A stretch of 64,000 bases of DNA from Anolis carolinensis. Lineage: Eukaryota. Of the stretch, positions 39,540 to 52,161 are shown one piece after another (position 1 is the stretch's first letter; each line of letters begins with the position of its first letter). The notes beneath the pieces were generated by a model. That model did no database searches. It was not told where the DNA came from and saw only the letters and a program-made list of their open reading frames with translations. The position numbers and the translations under genes were made by a program. The stretch spans positions 267,383,971 to 267,447,970 of the forward strand of contig NC_085843.1 in assembly GCF_035594765.1 (NCBI RefSeq), written 5' to 3'.

Positions 39540-39707
39540 CACTAAATGCTCATCCATTTCAGGGTTTTGTTGCTTCTGGTTATTTGATTTTAGCTGCTTA
39601 TTCTCATCAGGTAGGTTCTCTTCTCTCTCTTGTTCTGCTTCTTCAAATTCATCTTCACCCTGATTATTGGGATCATCGGCTGGGTTGACATCATCGCCAC
39701 CTGTCTT
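39540..39707 (-). CDS. GOLIM4: GOLIM4 exon 13 equivalent (168 nt), KTGGDDVNPADDPNNQGEDEFEEAEQ...EHLV
   Basis: attcag acceptor, gtgagt donor, phase 0-0; NPADDPNNQGEDEFEEAEQ is a conserved GOLIM4 motif. Confidence 0.94.
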
Positions 39708-40154
39708 CTGAATTTAAAAAATAGGTTTTAAAATGTCAACATTATGAGCATTCTGTTAGGCTGAGACCCAACACATGATTCAATATGCTTGAGGTTTCCG
39801 ACAATATGCATAATAGAAACCTCTGTTTCCATTGTGTCTTTTACATACAAAGAATCTCACCATATTTGTGTTAATTTGATCATTCTGAAAACTGTTGCCA
39901 TATTTTACTTCCACTTTGAGAACATGCTGCTTCTAATAGCAAGAAATGCACAAATAAAAAAGACCACAGCATATGTCGTAAACGTGTTCTGATTTATCTA
40001 GTAAGTAATCTCTTCTTATAATATGGCCAAAGTATAACCGCCTCAGTTTAGTCATCTTGACTTCATAGGAGATTTCAGGATTATTTATTTTGGGTCTCAT
40101 TTAATTGTCATTTTAGCCGTTCATGGTATCCTGCAGTACCACCTTTAAGATGAA

Positions 40155-40570
40155 ATAATAATAATAATAGTAATAATTTATTTCTTACCCGCCTCTCCTC
40201 ATGTCTCAAGAAGGGTTATAGAACAATTAAAACACATAAGCACAGCAAAAACACACATATTAACATACCTCTATAGAAATTACACACCAGTTACACTATA
40301 AAGTACATACATATACACAAAATAGAGATTAAACAAAAGACATGCATTTAAAATTCATGTTTAAAGACTGTCTGGGTAGGCCTGCTGGAAGAGATAGGTC
40401 TTTACATGGTTTTAAATTCTGACAGCTCATTTAGTTGTCAGGAGTTCTTCCGGCAGGTCATTCCAGTCATGGGACGGTCGATGAAAATGTCCTTTGGGTG
40501 GTGGTTGCTAGTCGGGTTCTGGCTGGTTGGAGCAGATGCCCCCCAGAAGAGCAAAGTGTGTAGGGAGAAT
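40155..40570 (-). mobile_element. L2 LINE 3' fragment
   Basis: (AAT)n tail, CCCGCCTCTCC stem and decayed ORF2 end. Confidence 0.65.
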
Positions 40571-40784
40571 TGATTTTCTTCCTATCATCTTTTTTCAACA
40601 ATACATAAAGATGATGTTAACTTGGTATACTCTAAATGTTTTAAACTACAACTCCCATAACTCTGTGCCATCATGGAGAATAGGTAAGGATTAGGAGAAT
40701 TGTAGTCTAGGCTAACTGTCTATGTATATTTTAAAGTTGCCAAAGAAGACATATTAAATTTTAGTAGGTGCCACTGCTACTCAC

Positions 40785-40900
40785 CGGATCATCATTCTGC
40801 TCACTCAAAGCTTGGTGGTCCAGTTCCCGATCATGTTGTTCATTTGCATTATTTTGGTCTTCCTCTGCTTCATCCAAATGCTGGTTCTGCCGCTCATAGT
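40785..40900 (-). CDS. GOLIM4: GOLIM4 exon 12 equivalent (116 nt), YERQNQHLDEAEEDQNNANEQHDRELDHQALSEQNDDP
   Basis: catcag acceptor, gtgagt donor, phase 1-0. Confidence 0.92.
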
Positions 40901-41835
40901 CTGATGAAGAATAATTTTATTGTATTTTTGAAACACCCAGAGAACTGTCTATTACACAGTATAAAAATATAACAAATAGTACATTCAAACATACATTTTT
41001 TTAATTCAACCATCCCCACATTTAGAAAAACCAGAACAAGCTGAGCATCATAGGAATAGGGACCATAGGAATGGGCTCTCATTTATGAAGTCAAGACTAA
41101 AATGCCAGACTTACAGGTAAGAGACACTGACATTCATGAAAGGATATACAAACATTCAAATAAATGAACAAATCACATTGTCAAGTCTCTCAACAGGTTA
41201 AGCTGAGCTTTGATATAGGATCTATCAATCAAAAAGCTTTAAAGCCCTCAAACTTTTCTGTCTGTCTGTCTGTCTGTCTGTCTTTCTCTCTTTCTTTCTT
41301 TCTTTCTTACTTTCTTTCTTTCAAGTTGGAGGTATTTTTGACCTAACAAGAATTTTCATGTATTGAGGGTCAGGATCATAGTTAAGAGTCACAACGTAAC
41401 TCTTTTTGTACAGGGTGCTTCAAAAACATGGACTCATTTTGAAACAAGTATATTTCACAATGGACATATGTTACAATTACACAAGTTACAAACTGCTTAA
41501 TGGGTTATCAAGCTTCATTAACCAAAAACAAATTTAAAAAATAACCCTGCAAGTGGAAAATATCTCATTAGGAGTCACCATTGTGTGAGGCTAGGGGCCT
41601 TTTGTGCGCTGTGAGAGGTATCTACCACTAATCCATTGAAACTCTATGACTCACTATTTCAAATGGTAACAATTTCATTCACGAGCAGTTCATGGTCGCA
41701 GAGATATAGCGATTTCCATCTTTTAAATGTCCTGTATTTCCTAACTTCAGTGAGAACCCTGAATAGGGCCAACTCGATATGACCAGAGAATGAAATTGCT
41801 GCTTTGGAGCACTGTCATGGGACACTTTTTGTCCA

Positions 41836-42615
41836 AATTTATTTATTTATTTATTATTTAAACTTAGATGCCGCCACTCCCCTAGGGCTCGGGGCGGCTT
41901 ACAAGAAAGGCTAAAATCTAACAATTTAAAAACATCTTTAAAATATCTTTTAAAAAAAATCTCAAAAACACTCCCCCAGGGCTCGGAGTGGCTTACAAAA
42001 ACAGCTAAAATCTAAGCAATTTAAAAACAGCAATAGCGGAGATCAAAAGCCTGTTGAAACAGGTGTGTCTTACATGCCCTGCGGAAGACTGATAAGTCCC
42101 GCAGGGCACGAATTTCAGGCGGCAGAGTGTTCCAGAGTAATGGCGCCACTGATGTAAAAGCTCTACGTCTAGTTGCTGTTAGGCGCAAGGTCTTAAAACT
42201 GGGAACTTCCAATAGATCTTGGTCCTCCGAACGGAGGGATCTCTGGGGTTGGTAGGGGGTGAGGCGGTCCCTCAGGTACATTGGCCCTAGACCATGTAAG
42301 GCCTTAAAGGTAAGCACCATCACTTTAAAAGTGATCCGGTGCTCAATTGGTAACCACTGCAGCTGTAGGATTGGTGTTATATGACATCTCATCGGGACTC
42401 CCACAAGAAGTCGAGCAGCTGCATTTTGTACCAACTTGAGCTTCCGGATCACTGACAAAGGAAGGCCAATGTAGAGGGCATTACAGTAGTCCAGTCTTGA
42501 GATGACCGTGGCCTGGATCACTGTAGCTAAGTCGTCCCTTGACAGATAGGGGGCCAGCCGTCTAGCCTGCCGCAGGTGAAAGAAGGCGGTTCTACTAATG
42601 GCGGAGACCTGGGCT
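41836..42615 (-). mobile_element. 5'-truncated L2 LINE (ORF2 C-terminus plus 3'UTR)
   Basis: ORF 42021..42656 with SRLDYCNALY.GLP...QNAAARL motif; (TAAA)n tail. Confidence 0.93.
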
Positions 42616-43096
42616 TTTGACTGAATGGAGCATGATTCCCTTCCTGACAATAACACTCTCCAATTTCAAAAATGTGTCATTTCAACTAATACAGAAAAGT
42701 AGCACCATGGCGAAGAACCAGATTTACTGGGGGGGGGGGGGGGGGGGTTCAGTCCTGGACTGATTGTTTTGTTTTTTGTGAAGAAAAAAGTATACATAAG
42801 GAAGTTTCATGTAACAATGCAAAATGTTGTGAAATGTCTAAACTGTAGATATAGTTTAGTTTAGTTTATCACTTGTAAACATTTATTTATTATGATTGAA
42901 TGAATGAAAGACTACCTTTCTTCTGACATGGGGACCAACAATTTTAAATAAATTCATATTAAAATGTTCCATCCTCTTCCAACAACATAAAACAGATTAA
43001 ATGTAGAAGGAATTTGAAAAGCAATGGGAACAAATCAATAAAGGCAAAAAACCCATATATATTAATTAGACAGAAAAACTTTAAAAAGTCAATTAC

Positions 43097-43176
43097 TTTC
43101 TTCCTCTTCTTCCTGCGCACCTTGTTCTTCTCCTTGTACAATATCCTGATCTAGGTTGTCATAATGGGATTGTTGG
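43097..43176 (-). CDS. GOLIM4: GOLIM4 exon 11 equivalent (80 nt), QQSHYDNLDQDIVQGEEQGAQEEEEE
   Basis: tttcag acceptor, gtaatt donor, phase 2-1. Confidence 0.92.
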
Positions 43177-43941
43177 CTGAAAAGTTTACATGAATGGGTT
43201 AATTCAGATACACAGAAGGTCTCTCTTTTTTAAAGCTAAGGTAGCACACAGTATCATCATCATTATCATCATGCCTTTCTCCCAAAATAGGGACTCAAGG
43301 CACCATACAATTTAAAGAACAATACAGCTAAATATTCAGCCAATTTTTAGAAAGGCCATGCAAGGTGAAAACTGGCTCCCATATCTTTTGCAGATGCCTC
43401 AAGTAGTGTGCTTGCCCACCGCCACCCACAAATGCTTTGACAAATATACTAACACATAACTAATGAAATGTGAATGGTACCAGCTATGTTGGCATCAAGC
43501 TCCAACACACCAGACCATTTGACTGAATGGAGCATGATTCCCTTCCCGACAAGAACACTCCAATTTCAAAAATCCAAGGTATGGGGATGTTACGACAGAA
43601 ATTCAATGCACTATGTGACGAACCTTATATAACAGAGGGGAGATAATGATTTTTAACAAGGCATTTTAAATGCCACTTTACAGCAGTTTGTTCCAGAAAC
43701 GTATTATTCAGAGAATGATCTGGTGCTATTCAAGCATCTGGCAAGAATCAAATGATGCTCACCACAAAATGTCCATACACCATGCCCTCAAAATGGCTGC
43801 ATCACCCCCAGTCCTGTCAAGGAAATGGCGTAAAAAGTAGCAACATGGTAGAAGCTTCTGGCCCTAACAGAGTTACCTAAATCTGGAAACCCTCAATTTA
43901 TCCCAGTTAAGTGAAAGCCCCAAGTTCCTTTTAAAGACAAC

Positions 43942-44186
43942 CTCAGTTGGTGCTTAAAGTGTTCTTCATCCCGCTCTGCTTGCCTCCGTAGGGTCAATTC
44001 TCTTTCTTGAAGCTGCTGCTGCCTTAACAACTGTTCCTGTAGCTTCCCCTGATGCAGAGATTCCTGTCGTTCCCGGAGGCGGTTGGCTTCTTCTGCTCTC
44101 TGTGCAGCCAACTTCTGTTGCTCCAACTGCTCTTCATAGGGTGATTTGTACCTATGTACAGTTACAGTCTTTGCAGTCGGGGGATC
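43942..44186 (-). CDS. GOLIM4: GOLIM4 exon 10 equivalent (245 nt), DPPTAKTVTVHRYKSPYEEQLEQQKLAAQR...HFKHQL
   Basis: ctctag acceptor, gttgtc donor, phase 0-2; SPYEEQLEQQ motif. Confidence 0.92.
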
Positions 44187-46509
44187 CTAGAGAAAGACAA
44201 AGGCATTCCTTACATTGAATAAGAACTATGGATAGTGCAGCTGGGAACATGGAAGAAGAAGCTAACCCCTTTTCCTGAGCATTTCATGACAGACATCCAG
44301 AAAAGGTTAAGTACATTTTAAAAGCCTAGAAGGGAAGCAAGTGACTATATGTTAGAACAAAACCCAGTAACTGCCTATGATGATTCTTTGTGCTATTGTT
44401 TGAAGAAAGAGCTAGAAGTTGATTATTTGTTCAAAAGGAGAACACTATTGCTGGCTCTCCTCAAACAAAGATTCCAATTTGATCATTTGGTGCTCTTAGT
44501 TTATTTGACTTTATAAAATTTGAGTTCGCTAAACTCAAGAGGAATGACCATAAAATCAAACAAAAACGAGTACCACTGCAACATAAAATAGATTGAGGTA
44601 CAAGAGACATTTCAAGAGCAACTGAAGCACACCATATAGTCAATGAATACAACATTGCCTATCTACAAGCTTCTTTCCTGATCTAACTTAGTTGACAAAG
44701 TTTTTCCTGAATAAAAATAAGTCACCTTCTTGTCTGCTGGAAGACAGCACTATAGGAAGGTGCTTTCTTCATTTGGAGACTGACCTCATGGTTCCCAGAC
44801 AGAGGTATGGGTCAAACACTCTACTCTCCCTTTTCCCTTCCACTTGGTCAGCAATGCAAAGAGGACCAGATGGGTAGGGCATCCTATGTAAAACAACCAG
44901 TAAAGGATACAGCGAGCATATAACAACTTTCTATCTTATTATTGGAAATGTTCAAGGCGTACTGTATTGGATAAGAATTTGAGAGAGGACAGGGTTGAAA
45001 CCCAGTCAACTCTGAATTTACTAGGTAATTTTGGGTCAGTCACAGTTTCTCTGGCTAAACAAATTTAAAGGGCTGTGATGAAAACTTTGTCAAGAGTATA
45101 ATAAAAGCCAAGTTTGCATTTGGAAGAGAATTAAAAAAATTGAAAAGTGTGGTGGCCACCACACCACTTATCTTCACTCCTTTACCAAAACCATTTCAAA
45201 AAGCTGGAGTATTCATGGGAACATTGAAAGAAAGAGGAAAATGACAAGAAGCAAATGCCAAATCAGGCTAGATGACTGGATCTCTCCCTCCAATCTTTCT
45301 TTCCCTCCCATCCCCAAAAATAAATATGTGCTGTTGGTATCAACGAACTGGTATTTAGGGGAAAATCAGAAGGCTGCGAGCAAGAAAGCACAAACAGATG
45401 GACAAACACATCAGGGGAAGAAATTTCATGTAAGAAAGCAAACAACAGCTAAATCATGGGCTGCAGGACATGCCTGAGTCCTAATGAAGCTTGAAATAAC
45501 AGGACAACTTTGTGAGTTGGCTAAACATCAGCAAAGATCTAGGTGGAAACCAAAGAAACAAGTACAGTTTGGTGCCCCTGAGACATGACCCAGAAGGCAA
45601 AGTCATTTTTCTGAGATTCTATTTACAGATTGACACAAAACATGCCCTATATGCTCTATACTCTGAAGACATCAGCTCCTCAGGGCATGCCACTTTTAGA
45701 AAGCTAAAACAGCCAGCCAAATTGTTAGGGCATACTGGATAGAGAGAAGGACAATGAAAAATACTGGGCTGTCTTTTTTGTGCTTTTGCGTAAACACATC
45801 TGCACACCACATCTTAAGCTTATGTGTATCTAACAAGCTCATTTTTAAAGTGGCTTTTATTTTCAAAGTTACTTATAACTGAGGTTGTCTTTAACACCAT
45901 GTATTAAAGAGTTAAATCACTGATGGACAGCCTATTTTGTTCTCCTCCCCTCAGGATGTACAAGAGGCCATATCTGAACTGAAAATGTAGAGTTTAAAAG
46001 CATTTTAAACAAAAATGAACAGAAGTTCATTTCTGTTTTTGAACAGCACTCTCCAAAAGGTCAAAAGTTGGTGATGTAAGACCTCATTCCTGCTTTGGAG
46101 TACAATTGCAACTCCTAAAAGTACCCACTACTGTGATTCTACTTGTTTGGAAGAAAGACAGTGTCAGCAGGAGGAAGGGAACATATCCAGGGCTGCACAT
46201 GACTCACTGACCACCTCTTGCCAACACCTACATTGAAATCAGACTGCTGAGATTTTTTTTTTAGCCAAAGGTTAGACTTTGGGATAGGGAGAAAAAAAAT
46301 AGAGTGCCTTATAGTGAGCCAGTTCATTGTTCCAACAGGTTGGGAAATATCAATGTGTGTGTTTTTTTCCACTTTTTTCCATACAAATGTATATACCCTT
46401 AACTTGAATAAAGATAGTAGAGAATAGTTGCAACTTTAACCCCTAGAATTTGCTAGCAAGCTTTCTTTTAGGAAAGGACAAAGAATGAACAAGAGAGTTG
46501 AAGTTAATA

Positions 46510-46831
46510 CAGTAGAGTCTCACTTATCCAACACTCGCTTATCCAACATTCTGGATTAGCCAACACATTTTTGTAGTCAATGTTTTCAATACATCGTGAT
46601 TTTTTGTGCTAAATTCATAAATACTGTAATTACTACATAGCATTACTGTGTATTGAACTACTTTTTCTGTCAAATTTGTTGTATAACATGATGTTTTGGT
46701 GCTTAATTTGTAAAATCATAACCTAGTTTGATGTTTAATAGGCTTTTCCTTAATCTCTCCTTATTATCCAACATATTCGCTTATCCAACGTTCTGCCGAC
46801 CCGTTTACGTTGGATAAGCGAGACTCTACTG
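46510..46831. mobile_element. Tc1/mariner-type MITE
   Basis: TIR CAGTAGAGTCTC(A/G)CTTATCCAAC; TA TSD. Confidence 0.92.
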
Positions 46832-46851
46832 TAAAAAGGAAAACAGAATAC

Positions 46852-47208
46852 CTCTGAGTGATTGTGTTCCTGCATAATCTTGGTCTCTTCTTCAGTCCGA
46901 TCTTTTTCCTTCCAGTCATGTTCCCCAGGGACTTGGTCGAGATCCTCTGTTAAGTGCTCTGGTTGTCCTGCTTGCTCCATTTCCTCTTCCTCAAGTTCCT
47001 TTTTGTGTTCCTCTGCAACCTGCTCCACATGTTGCTCTTCATCCTCTCCAGCTTCCTGCTTCTCCTGGATATTTAACTCCCGCAACACATGACCTTCAAA
47101 TTCTTTTCTGCCAGGATGGAACAGTCCAGCTCTCTCTTCTCTTCCTTCTGAATGAACTCCTCTATTGGTTTCTTCTCCTCCTAGTGGCTGTTCACCATTC
47201 AGCACAAC
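46852..47208 (-). CDS. GOLIM4: GOLIM4 exon 9 equivalent (357 nt), acidic region VVLNGEQPLGG...MQEHNHSE
   Basis: Inside ORF 46750..47214; gtgcag acceptor, gtattc donor, phase 0-0; Glu/Gln-rich. Confidence 0.88.
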
Positions 47209-47575
47209 CTGCACCCATACAGAAGATTCAATCTAGGTGGTTTGTTTCAAATACCAGGTTTCTTATTGGATGTACTAAATAAAGACAATGCACTGTAGAA
47301 CATGTAACTTAGTTCCTGTAACCTTTTATTGAGTTTTCTGGGATAAACATACAGACTATGTGAAAGAATAAGGTACGAAGGAAATAAGAAAGCACCATAA
47401 GATCATTCTCGGGGGGCACCTTTCCGTGAAGGTTTAAAGATAGATCATCCAAAAATTAATATGGTTAAGTTAAACAATGACACATATTAAGCAATTCAAA
47501 CCTGAGTCCTAAATTATTTGACAAATCTCAAATTAAAATAATCCAAATATAAAAAGAGGTAGGAAACAACTAATA

Positions 47576-47950
47576 CAGTGTTCCCTCACTTATTGCGGGG
47601 GTTACGTTCTAGGACCAACCGCGCAAAGTGAAAATCGGCGAAGTAGGGATGCTATATTTATTTTAATATTTATACCTTATTTTAGTAGTTATACACTATT
47701 ATTTGCTGCCTGGCTACCTCCCAACATGCTTATTTCAGCTTCTCCTTGCCATCTGCTTCAAGGGAGGAGGAGGGGCTTCTTAAGCAGTCTCAGCAAAGCC
47801 TCTGCCTCTGCCATTTCTGTGTGAAGGAGAGGAAGAACGGAGGGGGAAGCGGTATGTGTATCTATATACCTTTCGGGGGGGAGCGGAGTTGAAAACCTGT
47901 GAAACAGCGAGTGTGCAAAAAGCAAACCGCGAAGTAGCGAGGGAACACTG
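47576..47950. mobile_element. Tc1/mariner (pogo/Tigger-like) MITE
   Basis: TIR CAGTGTTCCCTC; TA TSD. Confidence 0.9.
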
Positions 47951-48115
47951 TACTTAACAAAATAGTGCCACCTGTAGGACACCTGTGGATCTACTTCAAA
48001 TTACTATCATTGGAATTGTTGATCATTACGATACAAGCCTTTAAAAACGAACACACAAAAGATAGTCATCACTGCACTTGTGACATTGAACAGTTAAATT
48101 CAACTTTATGAATGA

Positions 48116-48602
48116 CTAGCTGTGCCTGGCCACGCGTTGCTGTGGCGAAGTATGGTGGTATGGGAAAGAAAGAATTGAGGAATTGGTGGTAGTTAAGGTA
48201 AAGGGTAAAGGTTTTCCTCTGACATTAAGTCCATTATAAATGGGTTATATAGCTGTGTGGAAGGGCCTTGAGTCTACACTGCCATATAATCCAGTTAAAA
48301 TCAGATAATCTGTATTTTATAGGCAGTGTGGAAGAGGCCTAAGTGAGGCCTAACTCTGCCTGTCCCCTGGGCTGTGTGGGTTGTTAGGAGACCAAGTGCG
48401 CGGAGCTTAGCCTTCTAACTGGCAGCAATTAGATAAAAACAATTATTCCTCTCCCTCTAATTAGGATTTTATATATATATTTTGTTGTATGAACATAGAG
48501 GCATGGATGAGGGGTTGTGCTGCCAAGTTTAGTGTTTCTGGAATGTGTAGTTTTGTTGTTTTGTCCTAGGCCAAAATTTCATTACCCTTTTATATATATA
48601 GA
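48116..48602 (-). mobile_element. Non-autonomous Helitron
   Basis: Minus strand A|TC...CTAG|T; subterminal hairpin GCCAC-N8-GTGGC at 48129-48146; no TSD. Confidence 0.75.
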
Positions 48603-49860
48603 TTAAAAAAGCACTGATCTGCCAAATGTTTTGGGGTTCAGACCCCAAACATCTCAGCAACATGGTAATACTAAGAGATTATGAGAGTTATGGCCCAAAT
48701 CATAAAGGGTCAAACATTTCTCAGACCTGTTTTATGGAACAAATGCATAGTTGTGTATTTTTCCAAAAGCAACAGAACAAAACATGGGGCCGTCTGACTT
48801 GCCACTACTATAATAAAACTTGGAACTCAAAAGAAGCAGTGATGGGGAATCTCCAGATGGGATTCTTGAAATCATCATATCACTTTCTACAAAACATCAT
48901 GATTTGGTGGTTCCCAGCTTTTGCACATCTTCCCCATTCTAATACATGTAAATGCATCTTATCCTAAAACGTAGGTACCAGATGTAGCTAAAATATTTAA
49001 GTATTATGGGCCTTATTCAGTACTAAAATCAAGCACATGCCCCCACCCCACACAAAGAACTAATCTGACATTAAACTTGCACTTGGGCTGAAAAAGCAGT
49101 GCAAGCAGTTATCTAAAGGTGACTTCACACGTGCTTCCTCTGCTTTCCTATCACCTGACATGACCCTGAAGGACAGTGGAGATAGTTGATGCATTCATCT
49201 ATGAACTGGAGCAGCAAAGTCACCAAGCATCAGAATATCAACTGCCAGATATCCAGGTGTGAAATCACCCCTAAGAGAAATAATCTTATTTTGATTCAAA
49301 TATCCTCCAAATAGAATTGAGCTGTCTAGACAAATCTTTCATGTTTAAACTGCTTATGGTTTTCTGCTTTGCAGCCATTACATATCAGCAATGGACTCCT
49401 CTTGTCCTAGTTCGCAACTAGCATTTACTGTCAGGAACTAGTTTTTGTAGATCTATGGAAGCATATAATTGTCTAGTCCAAAAATTTGAAAAATTAGAAT
49501 AAATACCACATACAGAGTGTATACATTTTTATATAAAATACACAAACCCTGAAGTTTGCTCTATGCAAATATGATGGACATTGAGGGGGTTTAACAGCTT
49601 TCTCTTGCTTAAAGTGACATTTGCAAAGAGCAAAGATTTTCAATGGTTTATTAACCACAAGCACTCCAAAAGGGGTAGTTACTGAATACACATGGCCATC
49701 TACACACTAATCAGCAAAGGATATTAGAATTTTCTTCCAGACTAAATCAAGCCTATGCTAAAATAAACACTTGTACTAGGAATTGCTGGTTCAGCCTGCT
49801 CTTTGGGAAAAGTTGGATTTTCTTGCTGCAATTAAAAAGGCTTCTTTCAACACTCTTATA

Positions 49861-50120
49861 GCCCCCAGATGGCGTAGTGGACTAAGTGACTTGAAGGTTG
49901 AGTTGCTGACCTGAAAGCTGCCAGGTTCGAATCCCACCTGGGGAGAGTGTGGATGAGCTCCCTCTATCAGCTCCAGCTCCATGCGGGGACATGAGAGAAG
50001 CCTCCCACAAGGATGGTAAAAACATCAAATCATCCGGGCGTCCCCTGGGCAACGTCCTTGCAGACGGCCAATTCTCTCACTCCAGAAGCAACTGAGGTTG
50101 CTCCTGACACGGAAAAAAAA
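49861..50120 (+). mobile_element. Young tRNA-derived SINE with poly-A tail (possibly Vingi-dependent)
   Basis: A-box TGGCGTAGTGG, B-box GGTTCGAATCC, 12-bp TSD AACACTCTTATA. Confidence 0.92.
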
Positions 50121-50485
50121 AACACTCTTATACTGTATTGAAAAATGGGGAGGAATTGCCAGGCAACAGGAAGTGGAGTCCAAGCCAACTCCTGGGTGTG
50201 GCGATGGAAACCACCACATCTGCTGAGCAATCCATTTTCCTGGATTGGGCTACACTCCCCCTGAGGGATCAAGTCATTCAGGGGCCTTTTTGGAGTTCCT
50301 ACAAGTTGGCCTTCCAAAAAGTTCAAAGGGCCTTCTCGGAGGTGCCCATAGGCTCTTGAACGTCTTTCCCAGGAAGGCTAGAACAGCCCACTCCTTGCAT
50401 TCTTTCCATTAATAGACAAGGACATTTTTTTATGGTTGGAAGGCTATTAAATACTCTTATGTTTTTGAAGAAAGAGCTCTTAGGA

Positions 50486-50574
50486 CAGTTGTTGTCAACC
50501 TAAGGGTCCCCAGATGTTTTGGCTTTCAACTCCCAGGCCAAAGCACCTGGGGACCTACAGGCTGAGAACCACAG
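50486..50574. mobile_element. hAT-type MITE, internally deleted
   Basis: Same TIR family; TSD TCTTAGGA/TTTTAGGA. Confidence 0.75.
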
Positions 50575-51260
50575 TTTTAGGAGGATACTAATCTATTTTT
50601 ATTATTTTCAATTACTTTGTATCATTTTAGCTGCAAGTTTTAGATTGTTCTGGCAAGTCAGTTCCGCTTTAATGATGAGCTTTTACATGCTTTAAGTATA
50701 TTGTTTATAAATGTGGAAGCCACTGTTAGCACAAATTTTCAGAATGGTTAGGGGATATAAACAATAAACTATCACTACTATATTTATCACCTCTTTCACT
50801 TAAAACTCAGTTGTGACTTGAAATGCCTGGGGACAGATTCTACAGATTTACAGAGATTACCTTACTCTTCCAAACTTACAGGCAAGCCATGGTTTAGCTA
50901 GATTCCTCTGCATTGATTTTTAACTTGTTCAACGCACCAATTTTTATGATGCATTATTATGGTCTGTCAATACAGACATAATATCAAATGATAGTTAGCA
51001 CAAACCATGGTTTGTGAACAACAATTTCAGCATCTAATTTTCTAATTCTGACATCACTAATCAGTTAGAGTGAAAAGTTCCCTTAAGTTTGGCCATCCCT
51101 ATTGGTGTGCCATTGGTAATAACAACTGACTCAGTTTACAAACCAGCTATAAGGATTACTTGATAATATGCTGTTGTTTTTGAACACTCAGAAGGTTCTG
51201 TATAAATGCTAATGATTACGGTTAAGATCAAAGATAGCTTTTTCAGTCAAATATTTGTAC

Positions 51261-51422
51261 CTGCTTGTCATCAGCACCTGCGCCATGTGCTTTGGAATCA
51301 CTTAGTGGAAAAGGCGTTGGTGTTTCTAGCTGAGAATGTGGCTGGTTAAAACTTTCAGGCTTCTGGAAACTGGGCATCTTTTTCAGGGTGTCCTTCAACT
51401 GCCTGTATTCCTCCACCTGGGA
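51261..51422 (-). CDS. GOLIM4: GOLIM4 exon 8 equivalent (162 nt), SQVEEYRQLKDTLKKMPSFQKPE...GADDKQ
   Basis: ttctag acceptor, gtacaa donor, phase 0-0, open frame. Confidence 0.9.
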
Positions 51423-52161
51423 CTAGAAATTCAAATGCAAGCATTAGATAGCACTGTCAAATGAACCGCTTCTTGTTAAAAACTGCATGGAAGCTCACAG
51501 CTCAGAAGCAATGTGGGATTTTAACTTAAGCATGCTCATCAGATTAAAATGCCCATCTGCTGGAACTACATATTTCTATGCGCCAGAGTGCACCAATTTA
51601 ATACTTTACAGCAGGCATGCAAAGCAGAAAACCCCACCACCCAGAAACTGGGATTAGTTTTTTTTAAGAAAAGGAACAAAACTGTCAAAAATGAAATATT
51701 GTGTTTCTCTTCAACCTTTCAAACAGAAGAAATTCACAAACAGAAAGTTCGATGGAGTGAATACATAACCATTACAACCCTTGAGAAAAAGCATAACGAT
51801 TAATTTCATGCACTTGTTCAAACATTTGCAAGAAAAACAACTTCCCATTTTTTAAGAAAATTGCTTATGTATGAAAACTTAAGAAGAGTCCTATTTGGTG
51901 AGTCTAAGAGCCTGCTTATTCCAGCAGCCTGTTTGCCATTATGGAAAGGCAGTTGCCCACAAGAATCTTATAAGGAACATACAATGAAACAAATCACTCC
52001 ATAACACAAGGCAAAGTGGTGGAACATGGGTGGTTCAATAACACCATCTCGGTGCAGCATACCTATTGGATCACAATTAGAAATATAGAGCAGTCTCCAC
52101 TACCAGATCCTATTTTACCCACAAACCTTTACATCACTTGCCACATCATAGTGTGTGGGAG

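Noticed and set aside
42021-42656. 211-aa ORF as a nested gene
   Set aside because: L2 ORF2 C-terminus fused by chance to junction filler.
42729-42747. Poly-G run as a functional G-quadruplex
   Set aside because: Simple homopolymer with unreliable length and no other support.
49861-49945. tRNA gene (A and B boxes), also at 36751 and 52162
   Set aside because: No cloverleaf or terminator; continues into a SINE body with tail and TSD.
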